Positions 44,465 to 54,262 are shown, numbered from the stretch's first letter. The stretch is DNA of 64,000 nt from Alloprevotella sp. (GCA_050873845.1 JBNMGC010000003.1:607-64606), one strand, 5' to 3'. Made by a program: numbers and translations. Notes: generated by a model not told the origin, from the sequence alone.

Positions 44465-44642
44465 CGCGAAATATAACATGTATTATTATAAGAGGCAGTG
44501 CGCTACTGTATCGCCTTGATTATAAGGCTCTCTCGTGCGAAGCCAACGGGATGAGCGGAAAAGCACTTTGTGGCCATAGACTACAGACTAAACCTGCAAA
44601 CGAAAATATTACAAAATATTCATATAACATAAAATTAACCCA

Positions 44643-46994
44643 ATGAGAAAGATTACGAACTTATTCTTATTGTGTGCGTTGATGCTTGTTGGTGCTATTT
44701 CGGGCTTTGCCCAAACGGCCGTGGATTATCAAGTGTCAGACGCTCCCTCGGATGGCAAATTTGCCACGAATACGCATTGGTTTACCATGCAGCTGCGCGG
44801 TACGTATCTCTCGACCGAGGATGTAGATGCTAACGGCTACATCAAGAGTGGCGATGGTTTTCAGACGCTCGACAATACCCTCGACAAGGGCTTATGGTGC
44901 GTTGTGGGCGACGATACCAATGGTTACAAGTTCTACAACAAGAGCGAGGGCGCTACGAAGGTGCTCGCACTCAACTATGTAGCAGCAGGTAACAACGAAG
45001 GCGGCAATGGAAGAGCCAAGATGGTAGATGCCACGCTCAGCAACGCCACGAGCCAAGGTGCCGACCAATGGCTTACTACCTTCAATATTCATAAGAATAC
45101 GACTAATAATGTTGGTGGCTTTACGATCTCTGTAAAAGACTTGACGAACTATTATCTCAATCAGCGTAGTCCTTACCTATCATTTTGGATTAATGGCAGT
45201 GCAAACGAGGAGATTGGGTCTTCGTTCTATTTCTATAATGCAGAGAGCTATACCGCAGATATTAATAGTCTCAAAACATCGTTCTCAGGCCATGTGGGTG
45301 GGGTGTTCCAACCAACACAGGAGGAATACAACGCTTTCGTTACGAGTGTTAATACAGAAGTGACTTGGGACAATCTACAGACTTTCCTTCCCAAAGCCAA
45401 TACTGCCATCTCTACCCTAAAGAGCCAAATCGACCAGCATAAGCCTGTAGTAGGGCAGAAATATGCCATCAAGAATGCTTATACAAAAAAATATATCACC
45501 CCTAACGTGATCCCGGGTAGCAACCTCTACGTATACTTGGGCGACAAGGTGAAGAGCTCGGTATGGATTGTGGAAAGTGGCGATACAGAAGGCACACTCA
45601 AACTGAAGAATGCTTTCTCAGACCTTTATGCAAGCAATGCTACGGTCAATACCGACTATAGCAACCTCTATATCGTAAGCAATGGCTATGGTAGCGATGG
45701 ACCTGCAGCGATAGGCACAAGCTCTGATACGAATGGTAGTAAATGGTATCATGCCAACGCTGACGACCATGTAATATTCTATGGCTATAATGCAGGAGCG
45801 AGCAAATGGTACTTCGAGGCTGTCAGCGACGAGACCTTTAGTAGCTTGAAACCTAACATCGACACGCATATCAATACGCTCGTAAGCAGTGCAAAAGACT
45901 TTTTGAACGTTGCACCTAATGAAAATAGTGCTTTGCGAGCAAATCCTACTTATGCCAACTATCTGGTGTATAAGCAGAAGGTAAAGGAAGGCACCGATAA
46001 TCAGTACGTGCGCTTGCAATGCGCAAAGAATGGCAACAACCGCTTCTTAGGCCTTAACGACAGCTACACCGTGGGTCGCGCTTTGGATGCAGCTAATGAG
46101 AAGACAGACCTTAGCTATATCTGGAAACTCGTGCCTGTAGAGGGAACAGAGACCTATAAACTGATGAATGCCAATACAGGTACTTACCTCACAGGCCTTA
46201 CAAATGCTACTGCAGGAGCCAATAATAATGCCCCTACCCTCGGCAGTTTTGCTGAAGGATATGGTTTCACTTTTACCCGCAAGAACGTAACGGATGGTAC
46301 CTGGAACGTAATCGATGGTAATAACAATAAGCTCAATGCCGAGACGAATGGTTGCATCAATTATTGGACAAGTGATGCTAATGGCGGTTGGTACATCCTC
46401 AAAGCAACCGACATTCAGGTAGCTCTACACGAGTTGGGCGATGCCTCGTATGCCACTGTCTATTTGCCTTATAGCATCTCAGCAGTAAGCGATGCTACGG
46501 CTTATGTGGCAGAGAAAGCAGCCGAGAACAATACGCTCGTAGTGAAATCTACCGCAGACGGTGGCTTTGCTGCCAATGCAGGCGTGGTGCTTGTGAGCGA
46601 TAGCAAGGCCGCAACCGCCACACTCACATTGGGCGAGAATAGCAATACGAGCGTGCTTCGAGGCACAAGCGTGCCCGTGAGCCTTACCGACGACAACCGC
46701 TCAAGCTACCTTACCTTTGGTCCTAAAGATGGCGCTGCTAACACAGTGGGCTTCTGGACGCCTGCAGCTACGGTCAGCACCATTCCTGCTAATCGCGCCT
46801 ACTATCAAGCACCCAGCGGACAAGCTGTATCGCTCGTCTTCGATGGCAACCTCACGGGCATCGGCGCAGTCATCTCTGCAGACAATAGCTTGGTGGATAA
46901 TGCACCTATCTATGACCTCTCAGGTCGCCGCGTAGCAAAGGCTGTGAAGGGTGGCGTATACATCCAAAGCGGCAAGAAATTCATTCTGAAATAA
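44643..46994 (+). CDS. Secreted multi-domain surface protein with a short Prevotella-type T9SS C-terminal signal
   Basis: Signal peptide; repeated Trp-containing beta-rich modules; C-terminus TGI...IYDLSGRRVAKAVKGGVYIQSGKKFILK; no catalytic motif recognised. Confidence 0.85.
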   Translation: MRKITNLFLLCALMLVGAISGFAQTAVDYQVSDAPSDGKFATNTHWFTMQLRGTYLSTEDVDANGYIKSGDGFQTLDNTLDKGLWCVVGDDTNGYKFYNKSEGATKVLALNYVAAGNNEGGNGRAKMVDATLSNATSQGADQWLTTFNIHKNTTNNVGGFTISVKDLTNYYLNQRSPYLSFWINGSANEEIGSSFYFYNAESYTADINSLKTSFSGHVGGVFQPTQEEYNAFVTSVNTEVTWDNLQTFLPKANTAISTLKSQIDQHKPVVGQKYAIKNAYTKKYITPNVIPGSNLYVYLGDKVKSSVWIVESGDTEGTLKLKNAFSDLYASNATVNTDYSNLYIVSNGYGSDGPAAIGTSSDTNGSKWYHANADDHVIFYGYNAGASKWYFEAVSDETFSSLKPNIDTHINTLVSSAKDFLNVAPNENSALRANPTYANYLVYKQKVKEGTDNQYVRLQCAKNGNNRFLGLNDSYTVGRALDAANEKTDLSYIWKLVPVEGTETYKLMNANTGTYLTGLTNATAGANNNAPTLGSFAEGYGFTFTRKNVTDGTWNVIDGNNNKLNAETNGCINYWTSDANGGWYILKATDIQVALHELGDASYATVYLPYSISAVSDATAYVAEKAAENNTLVVKSTADGGFAANAGVVLVSDSKAATATLTLGENSNTSVLRGTSVPVSLTDDNRSSYLTFGPKDGAANTVGFWTPAATVSTIPANRAYYQAPSGQAVSLVFDGNLTGIGAVISADNSLVDNAPIYDLSGRRVAKAVKGGVYIQSGKKFILK

Positions 46995-47032
46995 GCAATC
47001 CCATCCTTACTCAAAAAAAGAATATACGCATT

Positions 47033-47224
47033 ATGAAAAAGAAATATATAGCTCCATCGCTCACCGCATATAGCTATGTCGAACCACTCACTCCCTTGTG
47101 CGAAAGCCGCACGTTTGGTGCCGGTTCGAGCGATGAGACAAGTGGTGGTACCACCTCAAACATATGGTCGAACAAGCAAGACTCGCCCAACCAAGGCGGC
47201 ATGTGGAAGTATATGGATAACTAA
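47033..47224 (+). CDS. 63-aa peptide with an MKKxYxxPxL leader
   Basis: 38 bp after the surface-protein gene with an A-rich initiation region; MKKKYIAPSL; upstream of a shared terminator. Confidence 0.7.
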   Translation: MKKKYIAPSLTAYSYVEPLTPLCESRTFGAGSSDETSGGTTSNIWSNKQDSPNQGGMWKYMDN

Positions 47225-47293
47225 TGCTTCCTCAGTCCTAATCGGCTTACAATAAAGTATGAGGGAGGTGAATTCCCCTCGCTTCGCCTACAA

Positions 47294-47330
47294 GTAAAGC
47301 CCCGACTCTTCTCATGAGCTGGGGCTTTAC
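47294..47330. terminator. Hairpin/terminator between convergent genes
   Basis: GTAAAGCCCC ... GGGGCTTTAC. Confidence 0.7.
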
Positions 47331-47350
47331 GCGTGTCTGTGTGGAGGAGG

Positions 47351-47587
47351 CTAATGGTCGCTTCCCGCAGAGCCTGGTGGTGGGCAGCGCATGTCGGAGA
47401 GCAAGTGGAGCAGTTCCGCATAGTAAGGACTGAGCTTGCCCGCTTTCTGCATCTTGCGGTTGTATTTCCACCAATTGAGCAGGCCACGATTCTCCACCTT
47501 CCGCTTGTCGGGCAGGTGGTGGCGCTCCTCGATAAATAGCTTCATCTGATGGTACTTCTCGAGCCAATTTTCTTGCGATTTCTTCAT
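47351..47587 (-). CDS. Stand-alone helicase-associated (HA) domain-like protein, 78 aa
   Basis: WLEKYHQMKLFIEERHHLP...LLNWWKYNRKMQKAGKL fits the HA repeat pattern; start moved to MKKSQ. Confidence 0.65.
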   Translation of the reverse strand: MKKSQENWLEKYHQMKLFIEERHHLPDKRKVENRGLLNWWKYNRKMQKAGKLSPYYAELLHLLSDMRCPPPGSAGSDH

Positions 47588-47713
47588 GTGAGGGAGATTT
47601 GTTGATAAGGAAATGCAGGACAAAGGTAGCACAAGGCCTGTGAAGAAGGAAATAAAAGCGCGCATAAGAAGAAAAAAACAGGGCAAAAGTCGTTGTAACT
47701 CAAAATAAAGTGG

Positions 47714-47721
47714 TACATTTG
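47714..47721 (+). promoter_or_regulatory. Promoter -7 box for rplU-rpmA
   Basis: TACATTTG about 90 bp upstream of rplU. Confidence 0.65.
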
Positions 47722-47810
47722 CAGCCGATTTAGAGTCCAACGGGGCTAAATGAAGAGACTGCGGTTGCAGTCCGCCTCCTGGAAAAAACCGTTTATACAT
47801 ATAATTACAA

Positions 47811-48128
47811 ATGTACGCAATCGTAGAGATTAACGGTCAGCAGTTTAAAGCAGAAGAGGGCAAGAAGCTCTTTGTAAACCACATCTGCGGTGCCGAGAAT
47901 GGCCAGACTGTTGAATTTGACAAAGTGTTGTTGATTGAAGACAACGGCAACGTGAAGGTAGGTGCTCCTACCGTAGAAGGCGCCAAGGTAGTATGCGAAG
48001 TAGTAAGCCCCCTCGTAAAGGGTGAGAAGGTGCTCGTATTCCACAAGAAGCGTCGCAAAGGCTATCGTAAGCTCAATGGCTATCGCCACCAGTTTACTGA
48101 AGTGACAATCAAGAACGTAATTGCTTAA
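47811..48128 (+). CDS. rplU: 50S ribosomal protein L21
   Basis: [13 protein letters not shown] and [18 protein letters not shown] motifs. Confidence 0.97.
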   Translation: MYAIVEINGQQFKAEEGKKLFVNHICGAENGQTVEFDKVLLIEDNGNVKVGAPTVEGAKVVCEVVSPLVKGEKVLVFHKKRRKGYRKLNGYRHQFTEVTIKNVIA

Positions 48129-48150
48129 TCCTTTAAAGTATTAGAAAGAA

Positions 48151-48411
48151 ATGGCACACAAGAAAGGTGTAGGTAGTTCTAAGAACGGTCGTGAATCGGC
48201 CTCACAGAGATTAGGCGTTAAGATTTGGGGTGGTCAGACCTGCGTAGCTGGCAACATCATCGTTCGTCAGCGCGGTACTGTTCACTATCCTGGTAAGAAC
48301 GTTGGCATGGGTAAGGATCACACACTCTTCGCCCTCGTTGACGGCGTAGTTAGCTTCCACCGTGGTCAGCGTGACCGCAGCGTGGTATCTGTAGAAGAGG
48401 CTAACGCTTAA
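48151..48411 (+). CDS. rpmA: 50S ribosomal protein L27
   Basis: [24 protein letters not shown] and GKDHTLFAL motifs. Confidence 0.98.
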   Translation: MAHKKGVGSSKNGRESASQRLGVKIWGGQTCVAGNIIVRQRGTVHYPGKNVGMGKDHTLFALVDGVVSFHRGQRDRSVVSVEEANA

Positions 48412-48456
48412 CGCACACCTATCAGCAGAAGAACTTATCTACTGAACAAAGAAAAT

Positions 48457-48501
48457 GAGACGGACTGCTTCCCACTGCGGGAAGCGGTCCGTCTCTCTGT
48501 T
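48457..48501 (+). terminator. Terminator after rpmA
   Basis: GAGACGGACTGCTTCCC-loop-GGGAAGCGGTCCGTCTC. Confidence 0.75.
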
Positions 48502-48528
48502 AATAAGCGTGGCTCTTTTATTAGCTAT

Positions 48529-48742
48529 GTGGGCGACGCGTCCTCGCGTCGGCATCACCTACGGGTAGCAAGTCTGTACTCAGATCCTACTCAGAGCGCC
48601 TACTCAAAGCCTACTCAGAGCCTACTGGGGGCGACGCGTCCTCGCGTCGGCATCGCCAGCGTGCAGCAAGTCTGTACTCAGCAAGTAACGTGCACATTCA
48701 TCGCTTGATCAAGACGACGCCGACGCGAGACGCGTCGCCCAC
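48529..48742. repeat. A-type REP cluster (two left arms, one right arm) with an internal roughly 11-bp repeat
   Basis: GGGCGACGCGTCCTCGCGTCGGCATC at about 48531 and 48629; TACT-led units at 48577, 48588, 48601, 48612, 48623. Confidence 0.85.
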
Positions 48743-48888
48743 AGAACAGGGGGAAACAAGTAAGAACGGAGACGATTGCAAGAATGTATTACTCATTACT
48801 TATTACTCATTACTTGAAAATAAGCCTCCTTTTCCTTTCCCCTTTCCCTTTCAAATGTTAACTTTGCCCGAAAACCAAACCTAACGTT

Positions 48889-49236
48889 ATGCCAGATACA
48901 GTAATCAACGACGAAAAATACTTCTACTCCATCAGAGAAGTAGCACAACATCTCGGCGTGAGCGAGACCCTCCTGCGCTATTGGGAAAAGCAGTTCCCTA
49001 AGCAGATTGCTCCCAAGAAAATAGGAAACGGCGTGCGTCAGTATACGAAGGAAGACATTGCTAAGATACGCATCGTCTATGACCTCGTGAAGGTGCGCGG
49101 CCTTAAGCTCGCAGCAGCTCGAGAAGTGCTCAAGCAAAACAAGCAGGGCACAGCACAACCATTCGAGGCACTGCAAAGATTGCGCAAGATACGCGAAGAA
49201 CTCGTGGCAATGAAGCGTGCACTCGGCAGTATGTAG
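48889..49236 (+). CDS. MerR-family HTH regulator
   Basis: YSIREVAQHLGVSETLLRYWEKQF...RQYTKEDI; TAACTTTG box at 48859. Confidence 0.9.
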   Translation: MPDTVINDEKYFYSIREVAQHLGVSETLLRYWEKQFPKQIAPKKIGNGVRQYTKEDIAKIRIVYDLVKVRGLKLAAAREVLKQNKQGTAQPFEALQRLRKIREELVAMKRALGSM

Positions 49237-49336
49237 AGAGGGAATGTTTAGTTGAAAAGTTGAAATGTTGAGAAGTTAAGAAATCGCTTCTCTCAACTAA
49301 AAGTTCACCTTTCCCCTTAAAATAAACAACAGAAAA

Positions 49337-50722
49337 GTGGCAAAGACAAAGACTGTATACGTATGTTCGGAATGTGGCATGGACTCCCCGAAATGGGTGG
49401 GCCGCTGTCCGTCGTGCGGGGCATGGAACACCATGAAGCAGATGACCATCCGCCCCGAGACCAACTCTGCCGTAAGCGAACGTCAAGCCCGGCAGGAACT
49501 CACCGGAGTGGGTGGCGGAAAGTCACGCGCCATACCGCTATCAGAGGTGTCGGTACAAGAAGAACCGCGCATACAGACACTCGATGCTGAGCTCGACCGC
49601 GTGCTCGGTGGAGGCATTGTGCCCGGCTCGCTCACGCTCATTGGCGGCGAACCAGGTATAGGCAAGTCTACACTCCTGCTTCAGACCGTCGTACGCCTGC
49701 AAGGCCTGCGCGTGCTCTATGTGAGCGGTGAGGAAAGTGAACACCAAATCAAACTTCGTGCCGACCGTATCAGCAATTCCTCAGCAGATGTGCTCCTGCT
49801 CTGCGAGACTCGCGTGGAGCAGGTGTTCGAACAGATACGACAGATCAAGCCCCAACTCGTGGTGATCGACTCCATTCAGACCATGAGCGTGGAGAGCGTG
49901 GAGTCGTCGCCAGGAAGCGTCACGCAGATACGCGAATGCGCTGCCTCGCTACTGAAGTATGCCAAGGAGAGCGGTGTACCCGTCATCCTCGTTGGACATA
50001 TCACGAAGGATGGTACCATAGCCGGTCCGAAGGTGCTCGAACACATTGTCGACACCGTACTGCAGTTTGAGGGCGATCGCCACTACATGTACCGCATCTT
50101 GCGCAGCATCAAGAATCGTTTCGGATCGACCTCCGAACTTGGTATCTACGAGATGCAGAGCGATGGCCTTCGCGCCGTGGCCAATCCCTCGGAGATGCTC
50201 CTTACGCAAGGAGGAGATGAACTGAGCGGTACGGCCGTGGCTGCTGCCATCGAAGGCGTGCGCCCCTTCTTGATAGAGACACAAGCCCTCGTGTCGTCAG
50301 CAGTATACGGCACACCGCAACGCTCCGCTACGGGCTTTGACCTCCGTCGCCTCAATATGCTCTTGGCCGTGCTCGAGAAGCGAGTAGGCTTCAAGATAGG
50401 AGCAAAGGACGTGTTCTTCAACATTGCCGGAGGCATCCGTGTGGCCGATCCCGCCATAGATCTCGCTGTGATAGCCTCCGTACTTTCAAGCAATGTCGAT
50501 ACCCCCATTGAGCGCAGCATATGCATGGCTGGCGAGGTGGGACTGAGCGGCGAGATACGTCCCGTGACGCGTATTGCCCAGCGCATAAGCGAAGCCGCCA
50601 AACTCGGCTTCAACCGCATACTCGTGCCCGAAGGCAATATGAAAGGACTGCCCCACGTAGACGGCATCGAGGTGGTGCCTGTGGCCCGTGTAGAGCAAGC
50701 ATTGCGCGAGCTCTTCGGGTAA
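49337..50722 (+). CDS. radA: DNA repair protein RadA/Sms
   Basis: CSECG..CPSC zinc finger, GEPGIGKSTL, KNRFG and GEVGLSGEIR motifs. Confidence 0.97.
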   Translation: MAKTKTVYVCSECGMDSPKWVGRCPSCGAWNTMKQMTIRPETNSAVSERQARQELTGVGGGKSRAIPLSEVSVQEEPRIQTLDAELDRVLGGGIVPGSLTLIGGEPGIGKSTLLLQTVVRLQGLRVLYVSGEESEHQIKLRADRISNSSADVLLLCETRVEQVFEQIRQIKPQLVVIDSIQTMSVESVESSPGSVTQIRECAASLLKYAKESGVPVILVGHITKDGTIAGPKVLEHIVDTVLQFEGDRHYMYRILRSIKNRFGSTSELGIYEMQSDGLRAVANPSEMLLTQGGDELSGTAVAAAIEGVRPFLIETQALVSSAVYGTPQRSATGFDLRRLNMLLAVLEKRVGFKIGAKDVFFNIAGGIRVADPAIDLAVIASVLSSNVDTPIERSICMAGEVGLSGEIRPVTRIAQRISEAAKLGFNRILVPEGNMKGLPHVDGIEVVPVARVEQALRELFG

Positions 50723-50763
50723 GGAGGCTATCCCATATAAGCAAATGAAGATAACAGAAGAAA

Positions 50764-52680
50764 ATGAGAGACAACAATAAGCGCGGAGGCAATCAGAACC
50801 CGCGCAATCGCAACGCCATCAGCACAGGTCGAGGACAAGAGGCTGGAAAGCGTAAGTTCAGTCCTGCTCGGCCAGGAGAACGACGCGAACGCCCCGCAGC
50901 AGAGGCTTCGCGAGAGGCTCGCCCCTCCTTTAATAATAAGCAGGATCGTCGCTCACATAAAGAGCATCGTCAACCACACAAGGCATTTGCCCCACGTGAA
51001 GACTATGCCCCACGTACGGCTGGGCCGCGTCCTGTAGAAAACACCATTCAGTACGACGAAATAGAGCGCCGCATCACTCTGCGTGTGACCCCCGACATCG
51101 CCTACGACGAGGAGCGTTTGCGCCGCTTTGTGGCAGAGAGCCTTCACATCGATGTGCGCACCATCAATGCCCTTCGCATTCGCAAGCGTAGCATTGACGC
51201 TCGTCAGCGCACGGTGATGGTCAACCTCACGCTTGAACCATTTATCAACGAGATGCCGCCACGCTTGGATTTCGACCCCGTGGAGTATCAAGACGTGAGC
51301 CATGGAGAGCGAGTCATCGTAGTTGGAGCTGGGCCTGGTGGACTCTTTGCCGCACTGCGACTAATCGAACTGGGGAAGAAGCCCGTAGTGCTTGAACGTG
51401 GAAAAGACGTACACGAACGACGCAAAGATATAGCCCTCATATCGCGCGAACATCGCGTTGATGCTGAGAGCAACTACTCCTTTGGCGAGGGCGGTGCAGG
51501 AGCCTACTCCGATGGAAAACTCTATACCCGATCGAAGAAGCGTGGCAATGTAGAGAAGATCCTCCGCGTGTTTTGCCAGTTCGGCGCCAATCCCGATATC
51601 CTCGTTGACGCCCACCCCCATATTGGCACCGATCGCTTGCCCCGCATCATTGAGAATATGCGTAAGCAAATCCTTGACTGTGGAGGTGAAGTGCATTTTC
51701 AGACCCGCGTGGATCGCCTCATTGTGGAGCACGAAGAGGTGAAAGGCGTGGAGTGCAGTACGGGCGAAGCCTTCTATGGCCCCGTCATCCTGGCCACGGG
51801 CCACTCTGCTCGCGACGTGTATCGCCAACTTCATGCACAAGGCATCGCTCTCGAACAGAAAGGTATCGCTGTGGGCGTACGCTTGGAGCATCCCTCTGAA
51901 CTGATCGATCAGATACAATATCACAGCCGCGAGGGCCGCGGCCGCTACCTGCCCGCGGCAGAGTATAGCTACGTGGCGCAGAGCGGCGGACGAGGAGTGT
52001 ATAGCTTCTGCATGTGTCCCGGCGGTATCGTGGTGCCCGCAGCAAGCGGACCGCAACAGGTGGTGGTCAATGGCATGAGCCCCTCGCTTCGCAACTCCGC
52101 TTGGAGCAATTCGGGCATGGTGGTCGAAACCCGCCCCGAGGATCTCGACGGCGAACTCGCTCCCTTCCTGCTCGAAGCCATGGCAGATGGCACCTTTGCC
52201 GAGACACACCAAGACATCAACGATCCCAAGAATCCACTGCGCATGATGTACTTCCAAGAAGCGCTCGAGAAGGCCACGTGGCAGCAGGGAGGACGCTCTC
52301 AGACGGCTCCCGCTCAGCGCATGGCCGACTTCGTTAACGGTCGCTTGAGCTACGACCTGCCCAAGTCGAGCTATTCGCCGGGACTCATCTCGTCGCCCCT
52401 CCACTTCTGGCTGCCACGCTTCGTGAGCTCACGACTCATTGAGGGCTTCAATGCTTTTGGCCGTAGAAGCCGTGGCTTCTTGACCAACGAGGCCATCTTG
52501 ATAGCCAGCGAAACGCGTACTTCTTCGCCCGTGCGCATCCTTCGCGACCACGAGACATTGGCCCACGTGCAAGTGGCAGGTCTCTATCCTTGCGGAGAGG
52601 GCGCAGGCTATGCAGGAGGCATCGTAAGCGCCGCTATCGATGGCGAACGCTGTGCTGAGGCCGCTGCCGAAAAGGCTTGA
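50764..52680 (+). CDS. FAD-dependent oxidoreductase with an Arg-rich N-terminal extension
   Basis: VVGAGPGGLFAA, FGEGGAGAYSDGKL, PHIGTD, FCMCPGG, ETRTSSP and GEGAGYAGGIVSAAIDG motifs. Confidence 0.88.
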   Translation: MRDNNKRGGNQNPRNRNAISTGRGQEAGKRKFSPARPGERRERPAAEASREARPSFNNKQDRRSHKEHRQPHKAFAPREDYAPRTAGPRPVENTIQYDEIERRITLRVTPDIAYDEERLRRFVAESLHIDVRTINALRIRKRSIDARQRTVMVNLTLEPFINEMPPRLDFDPVEYQDVSHGERVIVVGAGPGGLFAALRLIELGKKPVVLERGKDVHERRKDIALISREHRVDAESNYSFGEGGAGAYSDGKLYTRSKKRGNVEKILRVFCQFGANPDILVDAHPHIGTDRLPRIIENMRKQILDCGGEVHFQTRVDRLIVEHEEVKGVECSTGEAFYGPVILATGHSARDVYRQLHAQGIALEQKGIAVGVRLEHPSELIDQIQYHSREGRGRYLPAAEYSYVAQSGGRGVYSFCMCPGGIVVPAASGPQQVVVNGMSPSLRNSAWSNSGMVVETRPEDLDGELAPFLLEAMADGTFAETHQDINDPKNPLRMMYFQEALEKATWQQGGRSQTAPAQRMADFVNGRLSYDLPKSSYSPGLISSPLHFWLPRFVSSRLIEGFNAFGRRSRGFLTNEAILIASETRTSSPVRILRDHETLAHVQVAGLYPCGEGAGYAGGIVSAAIDGERCAEAAAEKA

Positions 52681-52874
52681 CAGAGGGAGGCGAGACATTA
52701 GCCGACAATGCTTGACCAACTGGTGCTTTAAGAGCGTACAAACCGCTCCTTCATAGCATAATCTGCCTCTCCTTGCAAAAAATAGCAAAGTATGGTTTGC
52801 ATTTCACGCTTTTATTGTACTTTTGCATTGCAATAACAAGAGCATCTAACAACATTAAAATACATTTCTATCAA

Positions 52875-53786
52875 ATGAAACCTACACTCTTTCTCCTGGC
52901 AGCAGGAATGGGTAGCCGCTACGGCGGCTTGAAGCAGCTCGACGAGCTCGGTCCTCATGGCGAAACCATCATGGACTATTCTATCTACGACGCAATCCAC
53001 GCTGGTTTTGGCAAGCTCGTATTCGTAATTCGCAAGGACTTCGAAGATGACTTCCGTCGTATCGTGCTTTCCAAGTATGAAGGCCACATTCCCTGCGAGC
53101 TCGTCTTCCAGAGCCTCGACGCACTGCCCGAAGGCTTCACTTGTCCCGAGGGCCGCACTAAGCCTTGGGGTACAAACCACGCCTTGATGATGGGTGAAAG
53201 CGTAATCAACGAGCCCTTCGCTGTAATCAACTGCGACGACTTCTATGATCGCGACGCTTTCCAGGTAATGGGCAAGTGGCTCTCAGAACTTCCCGAGGGC
53301 AGCACTGGTAAATACGCTATGGTAGGCTTCCGCGTAGGCAACACACTCTCTGATAGTGGTACGGTAAGCCGTGGCGTTTGCGAAAACGATGCCAACCACC
53401 ACCTGACTTCCGTAGTAGAGCGTACTAAGATTCAGCGCTTCGACGGCGTAGTGAAGTATCTTGGCGATGACGAAGAGTGGGTATCTATCCCCGACAATAC
53501 TCCCGTCTCAATGAACTTCTGGGGCTTCACTCCCGACTACTTTAAGCACAGCAACGAGTTCTTCAAGACCTTCCTTTCAGATCCGAAGAACATGGAGAAT
53601 CCTAAGAGCGAATTCTTCATCCCCTTGATGGTAGACAAACTCATCAAGGACGGCGTAGCTACTTGCGAAGTGCTCGATACTACTTCTAAGTGGTTCGGCG
53701 TAACTTATCCCGAGGATCGTCCGGGCGTAGTAGAGAAGTTCCAGAAACTCAGCGACGAGGGCGTATATCCCGAGAAGATGTTCTAA
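52875..53786 (+). CDS. Sugar-phosphate nucleotidyltransferase family protein
   Basis: LLAAGMGSRYGGLKQ, RTKPWGT, INCDDFY and WFGVTY motifs; start moved to MKPTL; TACTTTTG box at 52818. Confidence 0.9.
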   Translation: MKPTLFLLAAGMGSRYGGLKQLDELGPHGETIMDYSIYDAIHAGFGKLVFVIRKDFEDDFRRIVLSKYEGHIPCELVFQSLDALPEGFTCPEGRTKPWGTNHALMMGESVINEPFAVINCDDFYDRDAFQVMGKWLSELPEGSTGKYAMVGFRVGNTLSDSGTVSRGVCENDANHHLTSVVERTKIQRFDGVVKYLGDDEEWVSIPDNTPVSMNFWGFTPDYFKHSNEFFKTFLSDPKNMENPKSEFFIPLMVDKLIKDGVATCEVLDTTSKWFGVTYPEDRPGVVEKFQKLSDEGVYPEKMF

Positions 53787-53834
53787 TACATCTCACTTCT
53801 GAAATAGAAAAATTGCGGTTTCCGCATAGATTAT

Positions 53835-53891
53835 AAAAGCGGAGAGGTGCTCATCCCCCCACACAAGGGGTAGCGCCTCTCCGCTTTTGTT
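53835..53891. terminator. Intrinsic terminator
   Basis: AAAAGCGGAGAGGTGCT ... AGCGCCTCTCCGCTTTTGTT. Confidence 0.8.
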
Positions 53892-53960
53892 GTACACAAA
53901 AAGGAACTAAGAAAGGAAAGTTACCAAAATATTGCTGTTCGCTAAAGCTCTTGCCCTAAA

Positions 53961-54012
53961 GGCAGTGGGGCGAAGCGTCTCGCTTCGGCTAGGCATGCGA
54001 GGCTCGATGTCG
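53961..54012. repeat. Orphan B-type REP left arm
   Basis: GGCAGTGGGGCGAAGCGTCTCGCTTCGGC ... GAGGCTCGATG. Confidence 0.8.
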
Positions 54013-54097
54013 AGTGTGCATGAGACTCATCGCGAAATGGATGATAAAGAATATACACACCTTTCTGCGATGGAAATATCATCGCTGCATGAACGTA

Positions 54098-54262
54098 TAG
54101 CCGTTCGCAAATAAGCTTTTAGCCGTCCGCAAACAGTCATCTTGCCGTTTACAAATGACCATCCTTCCATCGTTCACCGCCCGGCGGCAGCATTGCCACC
54201 GCTCGGTGGCAGCATTGCCACCGCCCGGCGGCAGCACTACCACCGAGCGGTGTACGATGGAA
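54098..54262. repeat. 22-bp-period tandem array element (family F, copy 2)
   Basis: GCCGT at 54100, 54122, 54144; CCATCGTTCACCGC ... GCGGTGTACGATGG enclosing three GGCAGCATTGCCACCG-type units. Confidence 0.8.
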
